From: Hydrolagus affinis
Taxonomy: Eukaryota
Direction of reading: 5' to 3'
Assembly: GCA_012026655.1 (NCBI GenBank)
Contig: JAAILG010001603.1
Location: 1-64,000, forward strand
Length of the DNA: 64,000 nucleotides
A program made the translations under genes and the position numbers. The notes under the pieces are model-generated. The model saw only the letters and a program-made list of their open reading frames with translations, did not search any database and was not told the DNA's origin. This document shows, in pieces, positions 1 through 12,860 of the stretch. The first letter of the stretch is position 1. The number at the start of each line of letters is the position of its first letter.

Positions 1-79
1 CCTTTCACGTCAGGAGGAAGTCCCAAAGCGTTGACGTCTAGAAGACGTGGAGATCAAATGCAAGGATTACTATTATTTA

Positions 80-240
80 TAAATAGTGCCATGGGATCTT
101 TAACATCCACCGTTACTATCTGGTGAACGTCCACAGTCTAGACAAATCCTAGTTTAACATCTCGTCTGCAGAACAGCACATATGGCAATGCTGTGACTGT
201 CAGCCTCCAATACTGGACTGTCAGCCTCCAGTGTAAACTC
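80..240 (-). mobile_element. Old Deu-domain SINE fragment (AmnSINE1/SacSINE1-like)
   Basis: 'tagtgccatgggatctttaacatccacc...gtttaacatctc...ggactgtcagcct' is the reverse of the Deu central domain; similar copies at 2.3, 6.9, 9.5, 37.4 and 48.0 kb. Confidence 0.7.
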
Positions 241-360
241 AAACAACAACAGAATTACATTTATAGAGTGCCTTTCATGTTGGGAGGACGCCCCAAGGCA
301 CTGACCATTCAGGACCCTAGCGGGGAGGGGCAGTGTAGGGGGAAGAGGAAGGAGAGAACC
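241..360 (-). mobile_element. L2 LINE 3' tail fragment
   Basis: (CAA)n followed by 'ttacatttatagagtgcctttcatgttgggaggacgccccaaggcactga', the reverse of the L2 tail seen at 1580-1645. Confidence 0.8.
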
Positions 361-1089
361 CTTATGTGGGGCTTCAACCCACATATAACTTGGAGGCAAG
401 GGTTTAATTGAAAAAACCCTTGTATTGTATTGTAGTTGAAACAAAGTATTTGATTGCAATAAACCCATTTTGTTGCCTGGATCTTGTGGTAAATCCAGGA
501 TTGTTTAAGTATTGCTGATAATCACAAATTCAGAAATTGGGGGAAAAAAAATCATTCACAAAACTTTTGCAAGTTAAACACGTAACTAGATTTGTTAAAA
601 TTATTATTATAGTTATTACAATTATATTTGATTTCACCCAGCTTGGAAACTGGGGTCCTTCAATTTGCTGATAAAATTTTGCAGCCATTTAAATTGCTGC
701 CAAGCGGAGTTTTGCAAAGCTTTGCTTTCAAACATCCAGAGTTAATGTAACCCCCTTGGAATTTGGATACATCGTAATGTTTGCTAAAAGCAGTTCTGAA
801 AATTTAATTAATTTGAAATCCTTAAATGATTGTACAGTCTAACGTACTGCGTTTAAATGTGTGCTCATTTAGCCTCTTTTGCATTGTTAATTACAAAGAA
901 ACCTCCAATTCAAAAGTTGGAATTACTTAATGCAATCTCGTATTCCCCCTGGATCTGTGCTTATTGTCCTGCCACATTTTTGATTCATATGGCAGTGAAC
1001 AAACAATTCCTGAGAATTCTTTTTTTTATTAAGGTCAGAATCACACAGATACTCTTTAAACCTGATTTAAACCTGTTTCCCTATGTTCT

Positions 1090-1645
1090 TCCATCATCCA
1101 GAACTCTGCAGCTCGTGTCCCCACCCGCACCAAGCTCTGCGATCGCATCACTCCCACTCTCGCCCAGCTCCATTGGCTCCCCATCCCCCAGAGGACCGAA
1201 TTCAAGATCCTTGTCCTCACTTTCAAGGCCATTCACAGCCTTGCACCCCTCTACCTCTCTGAGCTGCTGTCTCCCTATGAACCTGCTCCCCACCCACCAC
1301 CTCTGTTCAGCGGGTTCCGGTCTGTTCCAAGTCCCCCGCTCGAACAACCCTACCATCGGTGGACGGGCTTTCAGCCTCTCTGCCCCCACATTCTGGAACT
1401 CTTATCGCACAGTCCCTTCACCTCTCTTCCTCCCTTGCCTCCTTCAAGGCCAATCTCAAGACTCTCCTCTTCGATCGTGCCTTCTGCTGCCCTCCCATCT
1501 CTCTCTCTTCCCTCCTAACTCTCTCTCTTCCCTCCCCACTACCCTCCTTCTCCCCCTTGCTCGGGTCCCGACCTGACAGTTCAGCGCCTTGGGACATCCT
1601 CCTGACATGAAAGGCGCTTTAAAAATGTAATTGTGTTGTTGTTGT
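1090..1645 (+). mobile_element. 5'-truncated L2 LINE: ORF2 C-terminus (frameshifted) plus 3' UTR stem-loop and (TTG)n tail
   Basis: Translates to IQNSAARV..RITPTLAQLHWLPIPQRTEFKILVLTFKAIHSLAPLYLSELL, then GGRAFSLSAPTFWNS and ASFKANLKTLLFDRAF, which are typical L2-clade ORF2 C-terminal motifs. Confidence 0.92.
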
Positions 1646-1890
1646 GTTGTTCCTATCATTTTGTACACCTTTAAGATTATGTCATTTCTATTAGACAATG
1701 AAATTACCAATATTAACTGTGGGCTTCAGAGTGTGATGTACTTGTTTTTCTAGCAAAGCATCAAGATATTTGTGCATACAATGGTACAAACCACAACCTG
1801 TCCCAATGACCTTATACTGTATTTTAATCTTTGTATTTGATTAGCGCCTTATCACACCATTGCGATGTCTCAAAGAACTTCACAGGATAC

Positions 1891-2200
1891 AATAATAATA
1901 ATCCTTGCATTTGATATTGCGCTTTTCACGTCTTCTAGACGTCTCAAAGAGTGTCACGGAATATATTGTAATTTACTGTAAATTTGTGGGCGAAACGTGG
2001 CAACATAGCAGTGCATAGCAGCATACCACAAACAGTCGTGGATTGAAATGACCAATTTATTATTGTTTGTTTTTTCTTGAGGTATTATTGTCAGGTGTGT
2101 GGAGTAAAGAAACTTGTCCAATTTTTGGCCCCACTAGGAATTGAACCCAGGTATCTCCCTTGCAAAGCGAGTGCTCTAACCACTGAGACTCAGGACTCCA
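1891..2200 (-). mobile_element. Full-length tRNA/CORE-like/Deu/L2-tail SINE
   Basis: Reverse of head 'tggagtcctgagtctcagtggttagagcactcgc', B-box-like 'gggttcaattcc' and tail 'atcaaatgcaaggattattatt'. Confidence 0.9.
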
Positions 2201-2204
2201 ACTT

Positions 2205-2435
2205 ACGCTGTAAAGTAGATTGACTGTGTATTTTGTGGGTGGAAAGTGGCAGCCAGGACAGCAAAAGTGCTACAAATAACCATGGAGTGAGTGACCGATA
2301 TTTTTTGTTATCTTGCGGGGGGGTTATTGGTCAGGGCATCGAGCGAAACTCCCTTCTGTTTTCGAATAGCGACGTGGGATCTTTAACATCCACCTGAACA
2401 GGCAGACGGGACCACGGTTTAACGTCTCATCTGAA
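2205..2435 (-). mobile_element. Old Deu-domain SINE fragment
   Basis: 'gggatctttaacatccacctgaacaggcagacgggaccacggtttaacgtctcatctgaa' Deu core. Confidence 0.75.
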
Positions 2436-2832
2436 GAGTCTTTAGACTCTGAGTCTTTAGACTCTGTTCATGGTCGACCTTGGTGTGGACTAGGTTTTTG
2501 GCGGTAGGTTTATGCAAAGTGGAGGAAAAAATCTGAGCAAATGTTCCCACCCTGACTCACTTGAGCTGGAAAATACAGACAAGATCTCTTTCTCTGACAA
2601 TCAACCGTTCGCAGTTAGCCTGTGGACCCAGCAGAGGTACATGGAGATTATTCTCCGTGGATACTGCACTTCAGCAAATGTGGAATTAGCCTTGGTTAAG
2701 TAATCTTGTTAGCGTGATTCAGTGTTAAATGGATCTTGATTAAATGAGGCTTTATATTGTCGCAGCAGGAGATAACACGTTCAGCCAGCACCAGGAAGTG
2801 ACATCAAATTTAGAAAACATAGTATTTACTAT

Positions 2833-3169
2833 GTGGAGCTCCCTGTAGCTCAGTGGGTTAGAGCACTCGCCTTACAAGCCTGAGACCCGTGTTCGAATCC
2901 AGCCAGGTCAGGGCGAAACCTTGGGCAAGTTTCCTTACTCCACACTCACGCCTGATAATAATCCGTCCAAAAAAAAACCACGATAATAAAATTGGTCATT
3001 TCAATCCACGACTGTTTGTGGGGGACGCTGCTGCGCGCAATTGGCTGCCGCATTTCGCCCACAAATATATACAGTCAATTCACTACAGTATTTTCTTTGA
3101 GAAGCGCTTTGAGACGTCATTTAGATGTGAAAAGCGCGAAATCAAATGCGAGGATTATTATTATTATTA
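2833..3169 (+). mobile_element. Full-length tRNA/CORE-like/Deu/L2-tail SINE
   Basis: A-box 'tagctcagtgg', B-box 'gttcgaatcc', 'ccttgggcaagt', 'gctgcgcgcaattggctgccgc', stem-loop tail and (TTA)n. Confidence 0.93.
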
Positions 3170-6100
3170 CTTCTCAAATGGTGGCGTTCTGACAAACAGT
3201 CCACGCGTCGTGGAGAAAAGATATTAAAAGATCCGCAAAAAAAATTTGAAAAGATGTTATTTCTACACAGGATAGTAACTCACTAACCCCCAAGCTAACT
3301 TTACGTCTTCAAACACGTCTGCTGACTGTCATCTAATGTCACTTTTAGTTCCCCCCCCACCCCACACTCCGAGCCTGAGATTCTGCCTTAATTTGGGTAG
3401 TTTCAGTGACTTCTTTGCCACAATGTAGATATGAAATGTTTTCTCTCACCGGCACCAACTGCTTGTGTTGCAGCGAAAGGAATAATTAGCATAATATTTC
3501 TGTCAGTGTACACAATTCATCATCCTTGCTCTGGTTTCTGGTTTGGGGCGCTGTAACAAAATACACTGGCGAGGTAATGTGTCTCGTGGTAGCATTGTGT
3601 TTCCCATGCAAGTATCCGACATTTATTGACTTCTGTCTAAATGGGTTTGCTTTATTTGCTCGTCAAAATGGTGCAGAAGCGGAATTGCCTTTGTGGAAAG
3701 GGACATACGTGGGAGGGATTTTTTTTAGGTGATTGTGTCTGTGTGTTCTCCCCTCTTTTAGGCCTCCCACTGCCTGGCGTTTCTTTCGAGCTGGTTAAAA
3801 ATGCAAGGATTATTAAGTGGAAACGTCTGGGTCACAGTCATGGTCTGGGATTGGCTGAAGGAGATGCCTTTGTTGGGGGGGGGTGTATTGAATTCTTGTC
3901 AGTTTTACAATCCCCTGAGATTATGTTCCCTCTAGTGGCTTGTCAGAGAACTACTGAAACTCTCCAACGCTTGATCGAGCAAGCTTGATTGACAAGCAGG
4001 GTAGGACTCCAACTTGTACGTAGGGAGTTCAAGGCTGGAAGGTTCAATATGAGATTAAACAGCCTAGGCCAGAGTTCCCTTTAGTTGAGTCGAATTTCAA
4101 ACCTTGTACATTTCCGTGCGTCATCTTGCTTCTTTCGCCAGCACTGAGGTCTCCGGTTCAGAACGGAGGCAGCGGATTTTGCTACATGTTGGGAATTGAG
4201 TGCCTAATTTAGGCAAAGCATTGTCGGAGGTGCTGTCCTTTGAGTGAGATGTTAAACTGAGACCTTCTGTGCCTCAAAAGCTATTCTTTACAGTTCCATT
4301 ACGCCGAGCAGCGAATCGATCTTTCATCTTTTGACCGTTTGTGGACCCATTATTAGTGTAAATGAGTGTTGTGTTTGGCTGCAGTAGTCCAACTGTACAA
4401 TTCACCCCCCACCCACCACTGCCCCCACCCCCCAGCCTTGGCAATCCAAATAATCAATCAGGTCTCAAAAATGCATTCGAATCCACTTGGGTTAACAATT
4501 TCATTGATGGAACCCCCATGAGGGCTTCAAGCCGTTTGTGGTGCATCGGGAATAAAACATTGCTGATGATCGCCGATTCCTTGAAGCTTCTGTTTGCTGG
4601 GTTCTCGTGATCCTTCCTCCCATCCAGGTCTGGCTGGAGGGGTAGGGCAGACTATCATTGCCACCTCGTGAATGGCCAGCACAAAGCGAGACTCAACGCC
4701 ATTGCACACACAGGCTACCAGTAACCTCCATTGCACCTCCTCTTCGTAAATCTAGTAAATCTCGCTAGGAATTCGCAACGTGCTTGTGTTTTACATTAAG
4801 AGCCTGAATCTGAATCATCTAATTGTGATTCAGATACGAACCGATATTAGCCCTGTACCATTGCAACAGCCCCTATTGAGAGACGCTTCCCATTAATTGT
4901 TTCCCACATGCGTGATCGAGTGTTCCATCTGTGCCGGTTGCATTATCAGTAGGAGTTGCCCTGTGTACAGTCAGCGGCTCCATTAATCAGAAGTGACTGG
5001 CACGGTTAAACTCTACAAGGCGATTACTGGGTGGTCAACAATGCCCTCAGTGATACATGGAAAGATCTAATCAGCATTTGCCAACACAATATGCAATCGT
5101 CGAAGTCAAACTCGAAAATAAGCCTTTCGCAAACAATAGAATAAAGAAGAGCTCCTTTCCAAGCGAATAAGTTGAAATCAGTCACAAAATCATTACTTTT
5201 TAAGACCAAAAAGGGGTAAATGGTGAAGAAGTGTTTGAAGCGGGAGTTTCAGTCTAGACTGTGAGTTCACGACCTTCTGACCCAGGGAACAAGAGTGAAG
5301 TCAACTGATGCCAGCTAAAAATCTGCGCTCAAGTCTGTCAGGAAATGTAACCATCATAGAGTTCATTAAACTTGTCATAACGAGTGCCCTGCACATGCGG
5401 TTTCAATTCTGACTGAACGCGCGGCAGTAAAACAGAATGATCGTCTGATATGGAGTCTTAACATCAACCATAAAGAAAAAAGCACTGGAAGGGAGGCCTG
5501 ACGTGAATCCTCCCTCTATGGTTATTTGTTGTGGTTGAACTCTTGTAGATATCGCAGAGACCAAGGTTTATCTATAATTTGTCGACCACATCCTCAGGAA
5601 CTGGAGATCGTTCTTCCAAGTGTACAGGAAACAGCACCTCCCATGTCTGTTTGCCCAGCTGTCGACCAGCATTATATACATATATATTTGAAGACCTGTA
5701 CTTTATGAGTAATTAGACTTTGCACCTTTTAAAAACGAGCGACATTGTTAATGCAAGACTTAACGTTACCACAGTGTGGCCATCCACTTCACAGCTTTTT
5801 TGTGGGACACTGCTGTGGGCAAAGTGGCTGCCACGTTTCACCTTAAAAATAATACACTGTCATCAATGCTTCACAATAAATCCCCTGAGTTTTTTTTATT
5901 TATCCACTCCGAAACACCGCACACTCGAGCGAAGGCATGCTACAAATGCAAATTGTCGTTGTTGAAGGCCCCTGGTGAAATCCCAACATGAGAGGTGTTA
6001 TAACAAATGTAAAGAATGTTGCTATCGCCAAACGTTTTGTGACTTTATTCGATTATACCACAGATTTAAGGGCTCGCTTTTGCAGCTGTTAAGATGTGAG

Positions 6101-6789
6101 CGCTTCACAATGCACTTTCGCCCACAAATATACAGTCAATTCACTTGACAGTATATTCTGTCAGGCGCTTTGAGGGTTTGATAAGATGTGAAAAGAGCTA
6201 TATCAAAATGCAAGGATTATTATTATTATTAATCACCTAGCAGATTATTTTTTGTTTTATTTTATAAAATAAAGAAGAAACTGAAGCAGTGAAACTGATT
6301 ACTGGGCAACTCAGCGGCTTGTTCAGCTATGTTTTTTCAGCCCCCATATTCAGGGAGAGCTGGAGTTTTGTTTGAGAGCAAGTATTGGGACAAAGTGTAT
6401 TGTCTAAGGATGTTGGGAGAAGGTAATTGATGCTTTAGTAACGTGCAGTAATTAGCTAACGCCAGGTTTGACCACCATTTCACTGGCTACTTGTATCCTT
6501 AAAACATAAATGCTTGTTTTTAGTCGCTCAAATGCATTTTTTTTAGAAATTGTTGTAAAATAACTGTTCAAAACTATTTGTCAAGGACATTTGTTCCGTA
6601 ATTTATTTTTCCAGCTGATTAAATTACGCTAGTTGATATTCCGACATCATTCCTAATGGCTTATTAGGTGAAAATCTGTCCCTCAGGACAGACCCAGGAT
6701 AAATCATGAATATGTAATGAATAAAAGTGGAACGCAACAGTAACTTTACAACTCCTAAATCACAACAGAGGCAGTGTGAAAATCACAAC

Positions 6790-7075
6790 AATAATAATAC
6801 TACTACTAATATTATTCCTTGCATCTGAAATAGCGCTTATCGCTTCAAAACATCTAAATGCTCCCACGAAAACACAACAGTGTCAAGGACAATTTCACTG
6901 TGGGATTATTGGCCAGGCGCCGAGGAGAAAACTCCCTTCTCTTTCGTGTGTTCTCTAACATCCACCTGAGCAGGCAGGACTTTGGTTTAATGTCTAATCT
7001 GAACATCAGCACCTCCGATATTGCATTGCTCTCTCCCCCATCAACAGCCTGGACTGTCAGCTTGGACTGTAAAGA
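6790..7075 (-). mobile_element. Old Deu-domain SINE with tail
   Basis: (TAA)n-like run plus 'ccttgcat', then 'taacatccacctgagcaggcag...ggtttaatgtct...ggactgtcagc'. Confidence 0.7.
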
Positions 7076-7520
7076 GCGATGTGCAGTGGGAAATGACTTG
7101 CTTGGTAATGCCAATTTAGGAAATGGACTTTATGGGTACAGTGTAACCCTTCTGATGTGGTGCCATTGTTTCATTGTGTCGTATGTAGGAAAGCTAATAA
7201 AAGTGGAGAATCACAGTTTTTCTATGAACTTAACGTTCAGGCACTCACTGGGAGGAAAAGGAAGCGAGGAAATTCTCTTTGCTTGATAGATTTCAAGGGA
7301 AAAAATGAAAACCAGAGGGTATTTGCTTTCAAGCATTAGACATAAAGTTGTTACTGCTGATATATCCACATAGCAATGACTACATTTGAGTAACTCCTAG
7401 CTACGTAACTTGTTGCAATCCTACTTAATGAATTTCATGTTAATCCAACTTTTGAATCGCGTTCTAAAATTGGTAGCTGTTCGCCTTAACTTAATTGTTG
7501 TGCCTTTTTTTTTGTTGCAG

Positions 7521-7585
7521 CTCAAATTAAATGCATTCCAAAGTGATGCATGGCAAAAAGCTGTCTTTGAAGAGAGAGAAAACAG
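7521..7585 (+). CDS. Putative internal coding exon of an unidentified plus-strand gene (LKLNAFQSDAWQKAVFEERENR/S)
   Basis: Strong acceptor 'tgcctttttttttgttgcag|' and consensus donor 'cag|gtaagt'; 65 nt with only one open frame; no homology recognised. Confidence 0.4.
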
Positions 7586-7636
7586 GTAAGTGGCTTTAGC
7601 TATTATTTTGTTTGGGGTTTTCATTCTGGCAAAATG

Positions 7637-8170
7637 CTGCATTTGCTGGAAATGTGAAATGACAACAGAAGTCGCTGGGAACACTCAGGTGTCAGGCAGC
7701 ATCTATGGAGAGAAGCAAGTCAGTTAATGTTTCAGGTTGATGACCTGAACACTAATACTAATAATAATAATAATCGTTGCATTTGATATAGTGCCTTTCA
7801 CGTCTTCGAGACGTCTCAAAGCAATTCACAGAATATACTGTAAAGTGAATTGACTGTATATTTGTGGGCGAAACGCGGCAGCCATTTGCGCACAGCAGCG
7901 TCCCCACAAACATTCGTGGATTGAAATGATCAATTTTATCATTGTTTCTTTTTGGAGGGATTATTATTAGGCGCGTGTGTGGAGTAAGGAAACTTGCCCG
8001 AGGTTTCGCCCTAACCTGCCTGGATTCGAACACAGGTCTCACGCTTGCAAGGCGAGTGCTCTAACCACTGAGCTACAGGACTCCAACTAATAAACATGAA
8101 CTCACTTTCCTTTCTCCATCGTTGCTGTTTGACCCCGCTGAGTGATTCCAGCGACTTTGGTTTTTATTTG
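7637..8170. mobile_element. Penelope-like inverted terminal repeat pair (arms ~7637-7746 and ~8093-8170), split by a SINE
   Basis: Left arm 'gaagtcgctgggaacactcaggtgtcaggcagcatctatggaga...gtttcaggttgatgacct' matches the reverse complement of right arm 'tctccatcgttgctgtttgaccccgctgagtgattccagcgactt'; a similar copy lies at 56.8 kb. Confidence 0.7.
7758..8085 (-). mobile_element. Full-length SINE with apparent 7-bp TSD (actaata at 7751-7757 and 8086-8092)
   Basis: Near-consensus copy from head to (TTA)n tail, with a flanking direct repeat. Confidence 0.93.
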
Positions 8171-8487
8171 GCGTTTTAATTCTGCTTTACTGGGATCCAC
8201 AGTTCAGTTTATAATATATTCTGTGAGGCGCATTGAGTTGTCGATAAGATGTGAAAAGCGCTATGTCAAATGCAAGGATTATTATTATTATCCTTCGATA
8301 AACAATCTGTTGCGCACTAAGTGAACCTCTGTCTTAACACGTACACGCACAGATTTGGTGCAGGAAATGAGGAATGAATGTTAGTAGGTGCTTTATTAAG
8401 CCCCCGGAACTGCTCGGTAGAGAATCTGTCGAATCCCAGGAGAACTGGGGGCCACAGCAGGGGAGGAGATAAGCACTTTATGTAATA

Positions 8488-8723
8488 GGGTGTAAATTGC
8501 GATGTTTCTTAACAGTTTCAATGTGCACAATGTTTGGCCCCTGAAGCCGGTTTCGCTCTCGTTGTTGCTAAATCGGTCGTGGTTGAGTCCTGTTTCACTG
8601 CATTGTGTGATGTCGTTGTTGGTGAGGACTAACCCACATTGCTTTTTTGGAGAAACCGACAGGTTTGGTAACCCACCAAACCTGTTAGGATTTGGGAGCC
8701 TGGCTGGTAGGAGAATTGCACCC
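8488..8723. mobile_element. Possible degraded palindromic MITE with an internal 11-bp hairpin
   Basis: Ends 'gggtgtaaattg' and 'gaattgcaccc' are imperfect inverted repeats; perfect stem acaggtttggt/accaaacctgt at 8659-8685. Confidence 0.35.
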
Positions 8724-9459
8724 AATATTATAATGCAATACCTTATGTAAAGCTCTAGAGTAACCTCACCCTGAACGTCTTGTAATAATGTTAAATGGTT
8801 TTTAATCCTCAGCCGTGCTCTCGAGACAGTCTCGTCATCTCTAGAGACTGAGCAGCCAGTCGGACAATTGAGACCCGCTGTGTTTTTTTTAAAAAAAGAG
8901 AAAACTATATCTGAACTAATGGACACTGTGGAGGAGGTTACACGGCTATAATTCAATCTGATGATGTACTAATCTGCGCAAATTTAGCTCCAGCCTTTTA
9001 TGAACTTCAGCAGGACCCCAAGATTGAATTACGGCCATTAACTCTCTATCACATCATCCGTTATTTCATGTAATTTATACTGTAACTACATTTGGCAAGT
9101 GAAAAATTGAATTGATAACATGCGCTTATGACTTTGATTCCCTGATACCCAGTTGCATTGAGGAGAGAGCCTTGCTGGAATAACACTCACATCATGTTCA
9201 CAAACTAATGCCATCGCATGAATGATTAGGGGGTTAATATAACTGCGCTGATGGTGATTTATAAAGTTGCCACTCTATTAGCGCATGTCTCTTTCCACTG
9301 ATTTTCGTTCCCATAATTTACTATTCTTCTTCCGTCTCTCAGCTGAGGTGAGCTGGGCTGTGGCGTTCAAAGTATTGATTACCTGAAAAATTCCACAGGG
9401 TTTCAAACCAATTTCAGGACCTATTGTATTGCTGTTGCTGACGTGAACCTAACTCGGTT

Positions 9460-9645
9460 GGTAGCCTCGGAGTCAGAAGGCTGTGCTTTGAACCCCCACA
9501 GTTGGGTTAGAACTCAGGCCAGGCCTCCGACACACTCCAACACTGCGTTGTTGGGGCTCCGCGTTGTCGGAGATGCCGTTCTTCGGATGAGACATTTAAC
9601 TGACGTCCCCTCTACCCGTTCAGGTGACTTTAAAGGTCAGGTAGC
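9460..9645 (+). mobile_element. Old Deu-domain SINE (5' half)
   Basis: 'gcctcggagtcagaagg...gttgtcggagatgccgttcttcggatgagac...cgttcaggtg'. Confidence 0.7.
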
Positions 9646-9738
9646 ACTCTTAATAATCCTTGCTTTTAGTATACCACTTTTCACGTCTTCGAAACGTCTC
9701 AAAGCGCTTCACAGAATATACTGTAAAATGAATTGGCT

Positions 9739-10055
9739 GTGGAGTCCTATAGCTCAGTGGTTAGAGTGATTAGAGCGCTCGCCACACAAGCAAGACACCT
9801 GGGTTCGATACCAGCCAGTGGAGAAACCTTGGGCAAGCTTCCTTACTCCACACGCCTGCTAAAAATCCCTCAAAAATTTTTTTTAAAACCCAAGACTGTT
9901 TGTGGAACTCCGCTGTGCGCAATTGGCTGCCACGTTTCGCCCACATATATACTCCGACAGTCAATTCACTTTACGATATATTTTATGCAGCGCTTTGGGA
10001 CATCGAGAAGACTTGAAATGGGTTATATCAAATGCAAGGATTTATTATTGTTGTT
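9739..10055 (+). mobile_element. SINE, directly abutting an inverted SINE tail (9650-9737)
   Basis: Head 'gtggagtcctatagctcagtggttagag', CORE-like and Deu-like segments, tail. Confidence 0.88.
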
Positions 10056-10964
10056 AGTGTAGTTTGCGACGAGATGTAACCACACAAAAATCAGCTTGAT
10101 GTTGATGTTGTGATAGGAAAACCGCAGCATGGGGTATTCTGGAAGGATGAGATCTTGTGGATCGAATGGCCTTCTTCATCCAAACTGATCTTGTCAACTT
10201 CCCAGGCCAGCGACGATATGTCTGTTTGATGGGCAGAAAGGCCTTTAACGCCAACGTGAGAGAGGCATGATTTGTAACGGCAACTCAACCATCATAAGCA
10301 TTGAGAAGCCTGTAATGTGAAATGACATTAGGGCAAACAGGATGCACCTGTCTTGACAATTGCTGCTTTTCAATCATGAGCCACCCCCCACCATCCCCCA
10401 CAGCCCCCCCTTCCCAGCCCCCCCACCTCTCCCCCCACCCCAGTAATTTGCTAAACTTGGTTTGACACCAAAATGTGCAAGATGGATGCCACCAGATAAT
10501 TGACGAAAATTTTGCATTCGCTCAAATTTGGAGCTGGTCCCTAAACACTTCTCTAAACGCAGGTGAACTCTGATGGTTATTATCTGCGTGAGTTACAGAC
10601 TGTTTGTTCTCTGCATCTCGTTGACATTTCCGCTCTCGCCCTTGTTGACATGGCCGCTCTCTCTCTCTCTCTCTCTCACGCGGGTTTACCAACTGTCAAT
10701 TCACTTTACAGTATTTTCTGTGAAGTGCTTTGAGACGTCTAGAAGACATGAAAAGCGCTATATCAAAATGCAAGGACTATTGTATATTTTTATTTGTCAC
10801 AACCATAGGCTCAGGAACTCTTTTAGAACAAAAAAGCATTTGAGTGTTGACGTTAGACTCAGCATAGGATATTTCCTTGGGACATCCTCCTGACATGAAA
10901 GGAGCTGTACAAGTGTAATAATGTTGTTGTTGTTGTTTCCTGAGCGTGCGATTGTGACAAAATA

Positions 10965-11230
10965 ATACATAATAATCCTTGCATTTTGATATAGCGCTTT
11001 TCACGTCTTCTAGACGTCTCAAAACGCTTCACTGAATACACTGTAAAGTGAATTGACTGTATATTTGTAGGCAAAATGCAGCAGCCAATTGCGCACAGCA
11101 GTGTCCCCACAAACACTCATGGATTGAAATGACCAATTTTATTATTGTGTTTTTTTTTGGAGAGATTAGTATTAGGTATATGTGTGGAGTGAAGAAACTT
11201 GCCCAAGGTTTCGCTTGTAAGGTCAGTGCT
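10965..11230 (-). mobile_element. SINE with a partly deleted head
   Basis: Reverse tail, Deu-like segment and 'aacttgcccaagg' segment. Confidence 0.88.
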
Positions 11231-12147
11231 CCAGCAGGTCATGCAAAATCCTTTCAGGTGCCAAAGCAATGAATTGTCCTGCACTGAGTGAAAAGATATT
11301 TAAGCGCCCTGGGACGCTGTCTCGCATAAAGGGCACTGTACAAATGCAAGTTGCTTTTGTTGATTAATTCATAAAAGGCACAGTGAAGTGATCTCATTTG
11401 CTATTCTGAAACGTATGGGGCGTAATGCCCATTAAGCTAGATAACCGTGCATATTACTGCCTAGACAATTTAATGAGCACATTATTTTGTTAGCATACCT
11501 AAACAGTCATTAAGTTTTATACATTTTAATTACACTAATAAAAGCTGAACTGTTCAGTATTCTCCTAGAACTGCGTTCCATCTCAGAGGATTTTTTTTGA
11601 AACACAAAATGAAAGGCTGTGGACTACAGTCGGTTTCTACTAACACTGTCATTGTTCTCTTGATTGGATCAAAACATTCCTAAACTATCAAAGAGAGGGG
11701 TCACTGACCGACCTTTGCGCTCACGACATTACTAACCTCAGATAAAGCTGAAACTGAACGCGACATAAAGTGAAATTAATCACAGTCATTATCATTATTA
11801 TCGTGGGAGACGGGGGGGAAAAAAAATAGTTTTATCCTCTCAGTGTCACCAGGCATTATCCAACGGTTTATCCCAAAACATTTTACACCTTATAATTATT
11901 TCCTATTCTTTAGTGCTAATCAGGTCAGTTGGCAATGTCATCACAGCTGATAACGTACGTATAATTCCTGCTGCTCACCCATTCATTATCTTGTGTACCA
12001 TTATTCCGCGCTTCAAATTGTTTTCCTTTGATAATGATTGTGGGTAGATCGTTTGCCTAAGTGCAGTAGATACATTTAGTGGCATTCGGTGGCTGGTTAA
12101 AAGCCGGTGACAGTATTTTAAATAAAATAAGCCAGGCAAGCGCAATT

Positions 12148-12480
12148 TCAATAATAATAGTAACGATAATCCTTGCATTTGACATGTCTCAAAGCGCTTC
12201 ACAGAATATACTGCAAAGTGAGTTGACTGTACGTTTTGCGGGCGAAACGTTGCAGCCAATTGTGCACAGGAATGTCCACCAAACAGTCATCGATTGAGCG
12301 ACCAAATTACTATTTATTTATTGAAGGGATTAGTGATCCACCGGTTGGCTAACATCTGGGTTCCTAATTACTGCTGGGTAAACAGAGGGGTGTGGAGTAA
12401 GGAAACTTGCTTAAGGTTTCGCCCTGCCCGGGAATCGAACCTAGCTCCTGTCTCTTGTGAGGAGCGCACACTAACCAATA
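12148..12480 (-). mobile_element. SINE, long subfamily with extended CORE-like insert
   Basis: Contains 'gggttcctaattactgctgggtaaacagagg', which the short copies lack. Confidence 0.85.
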
Positions 12481-12616
12481 CACTGCATGTTTCCAATACT
12501 GTTATTAACAATGATGTGGACTCAATGACAACAACTTGCATTTAGATGGAGGGCTTGTTGCAACATCCTGCTGCATTCAAACACCTGTGTTCAGTATCTT
12601 TGTTCAGTTTCACTGT

Positions 12617-12860
12617 GGAACTCCATCCCGCAGCCCCTCCGCTTTGCCTCCTCCCTTTCCTCCTTCAAGGCCATTCTCAAGACCTCCCTCTTTGCCTTAA
12701 GCTCCCCCACTAACTCTTCCCCTTCTCCCGACCCTCCCCCCCTCCACTCGGGTCCCGACCAGACTGTTCAGCACTTTGGGACTTCCTCCCGACGTGAAAG
12801 GCTCTATACGTGTAATGTTGTTGTTGTTGTTGTTGTTGTTGTATTTTGTTGTTGTTGTTT
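12617..12860 (+). mobile_element. L2 3' fragment with (TTG)n tail
   Basis: 'ggaactccatccc...ccttcaaggccattctcaagacc...gacgtgaaaggctctat' followed by (ttg)n. Confidence 0.88.

Noticed and set aside
857-1576. 239-aa ORF
   Set aside because: Chance read-through across unique DNA into a frameshifted L2 fragment; only the C-terminal part is in the L2 frame
2436-2465. 15-bp tandem duplication of a palindromic unit (gagtctttagactct)x2
   Set aside because: Simple slippage or repair scar at the edge of a Deu-SINE fragment; no sign of function
8396-8956. 186-aa minus-strand ORF
   Set aside because: No recognisable motifs or splice context, and it overlaps a probable MITE relic
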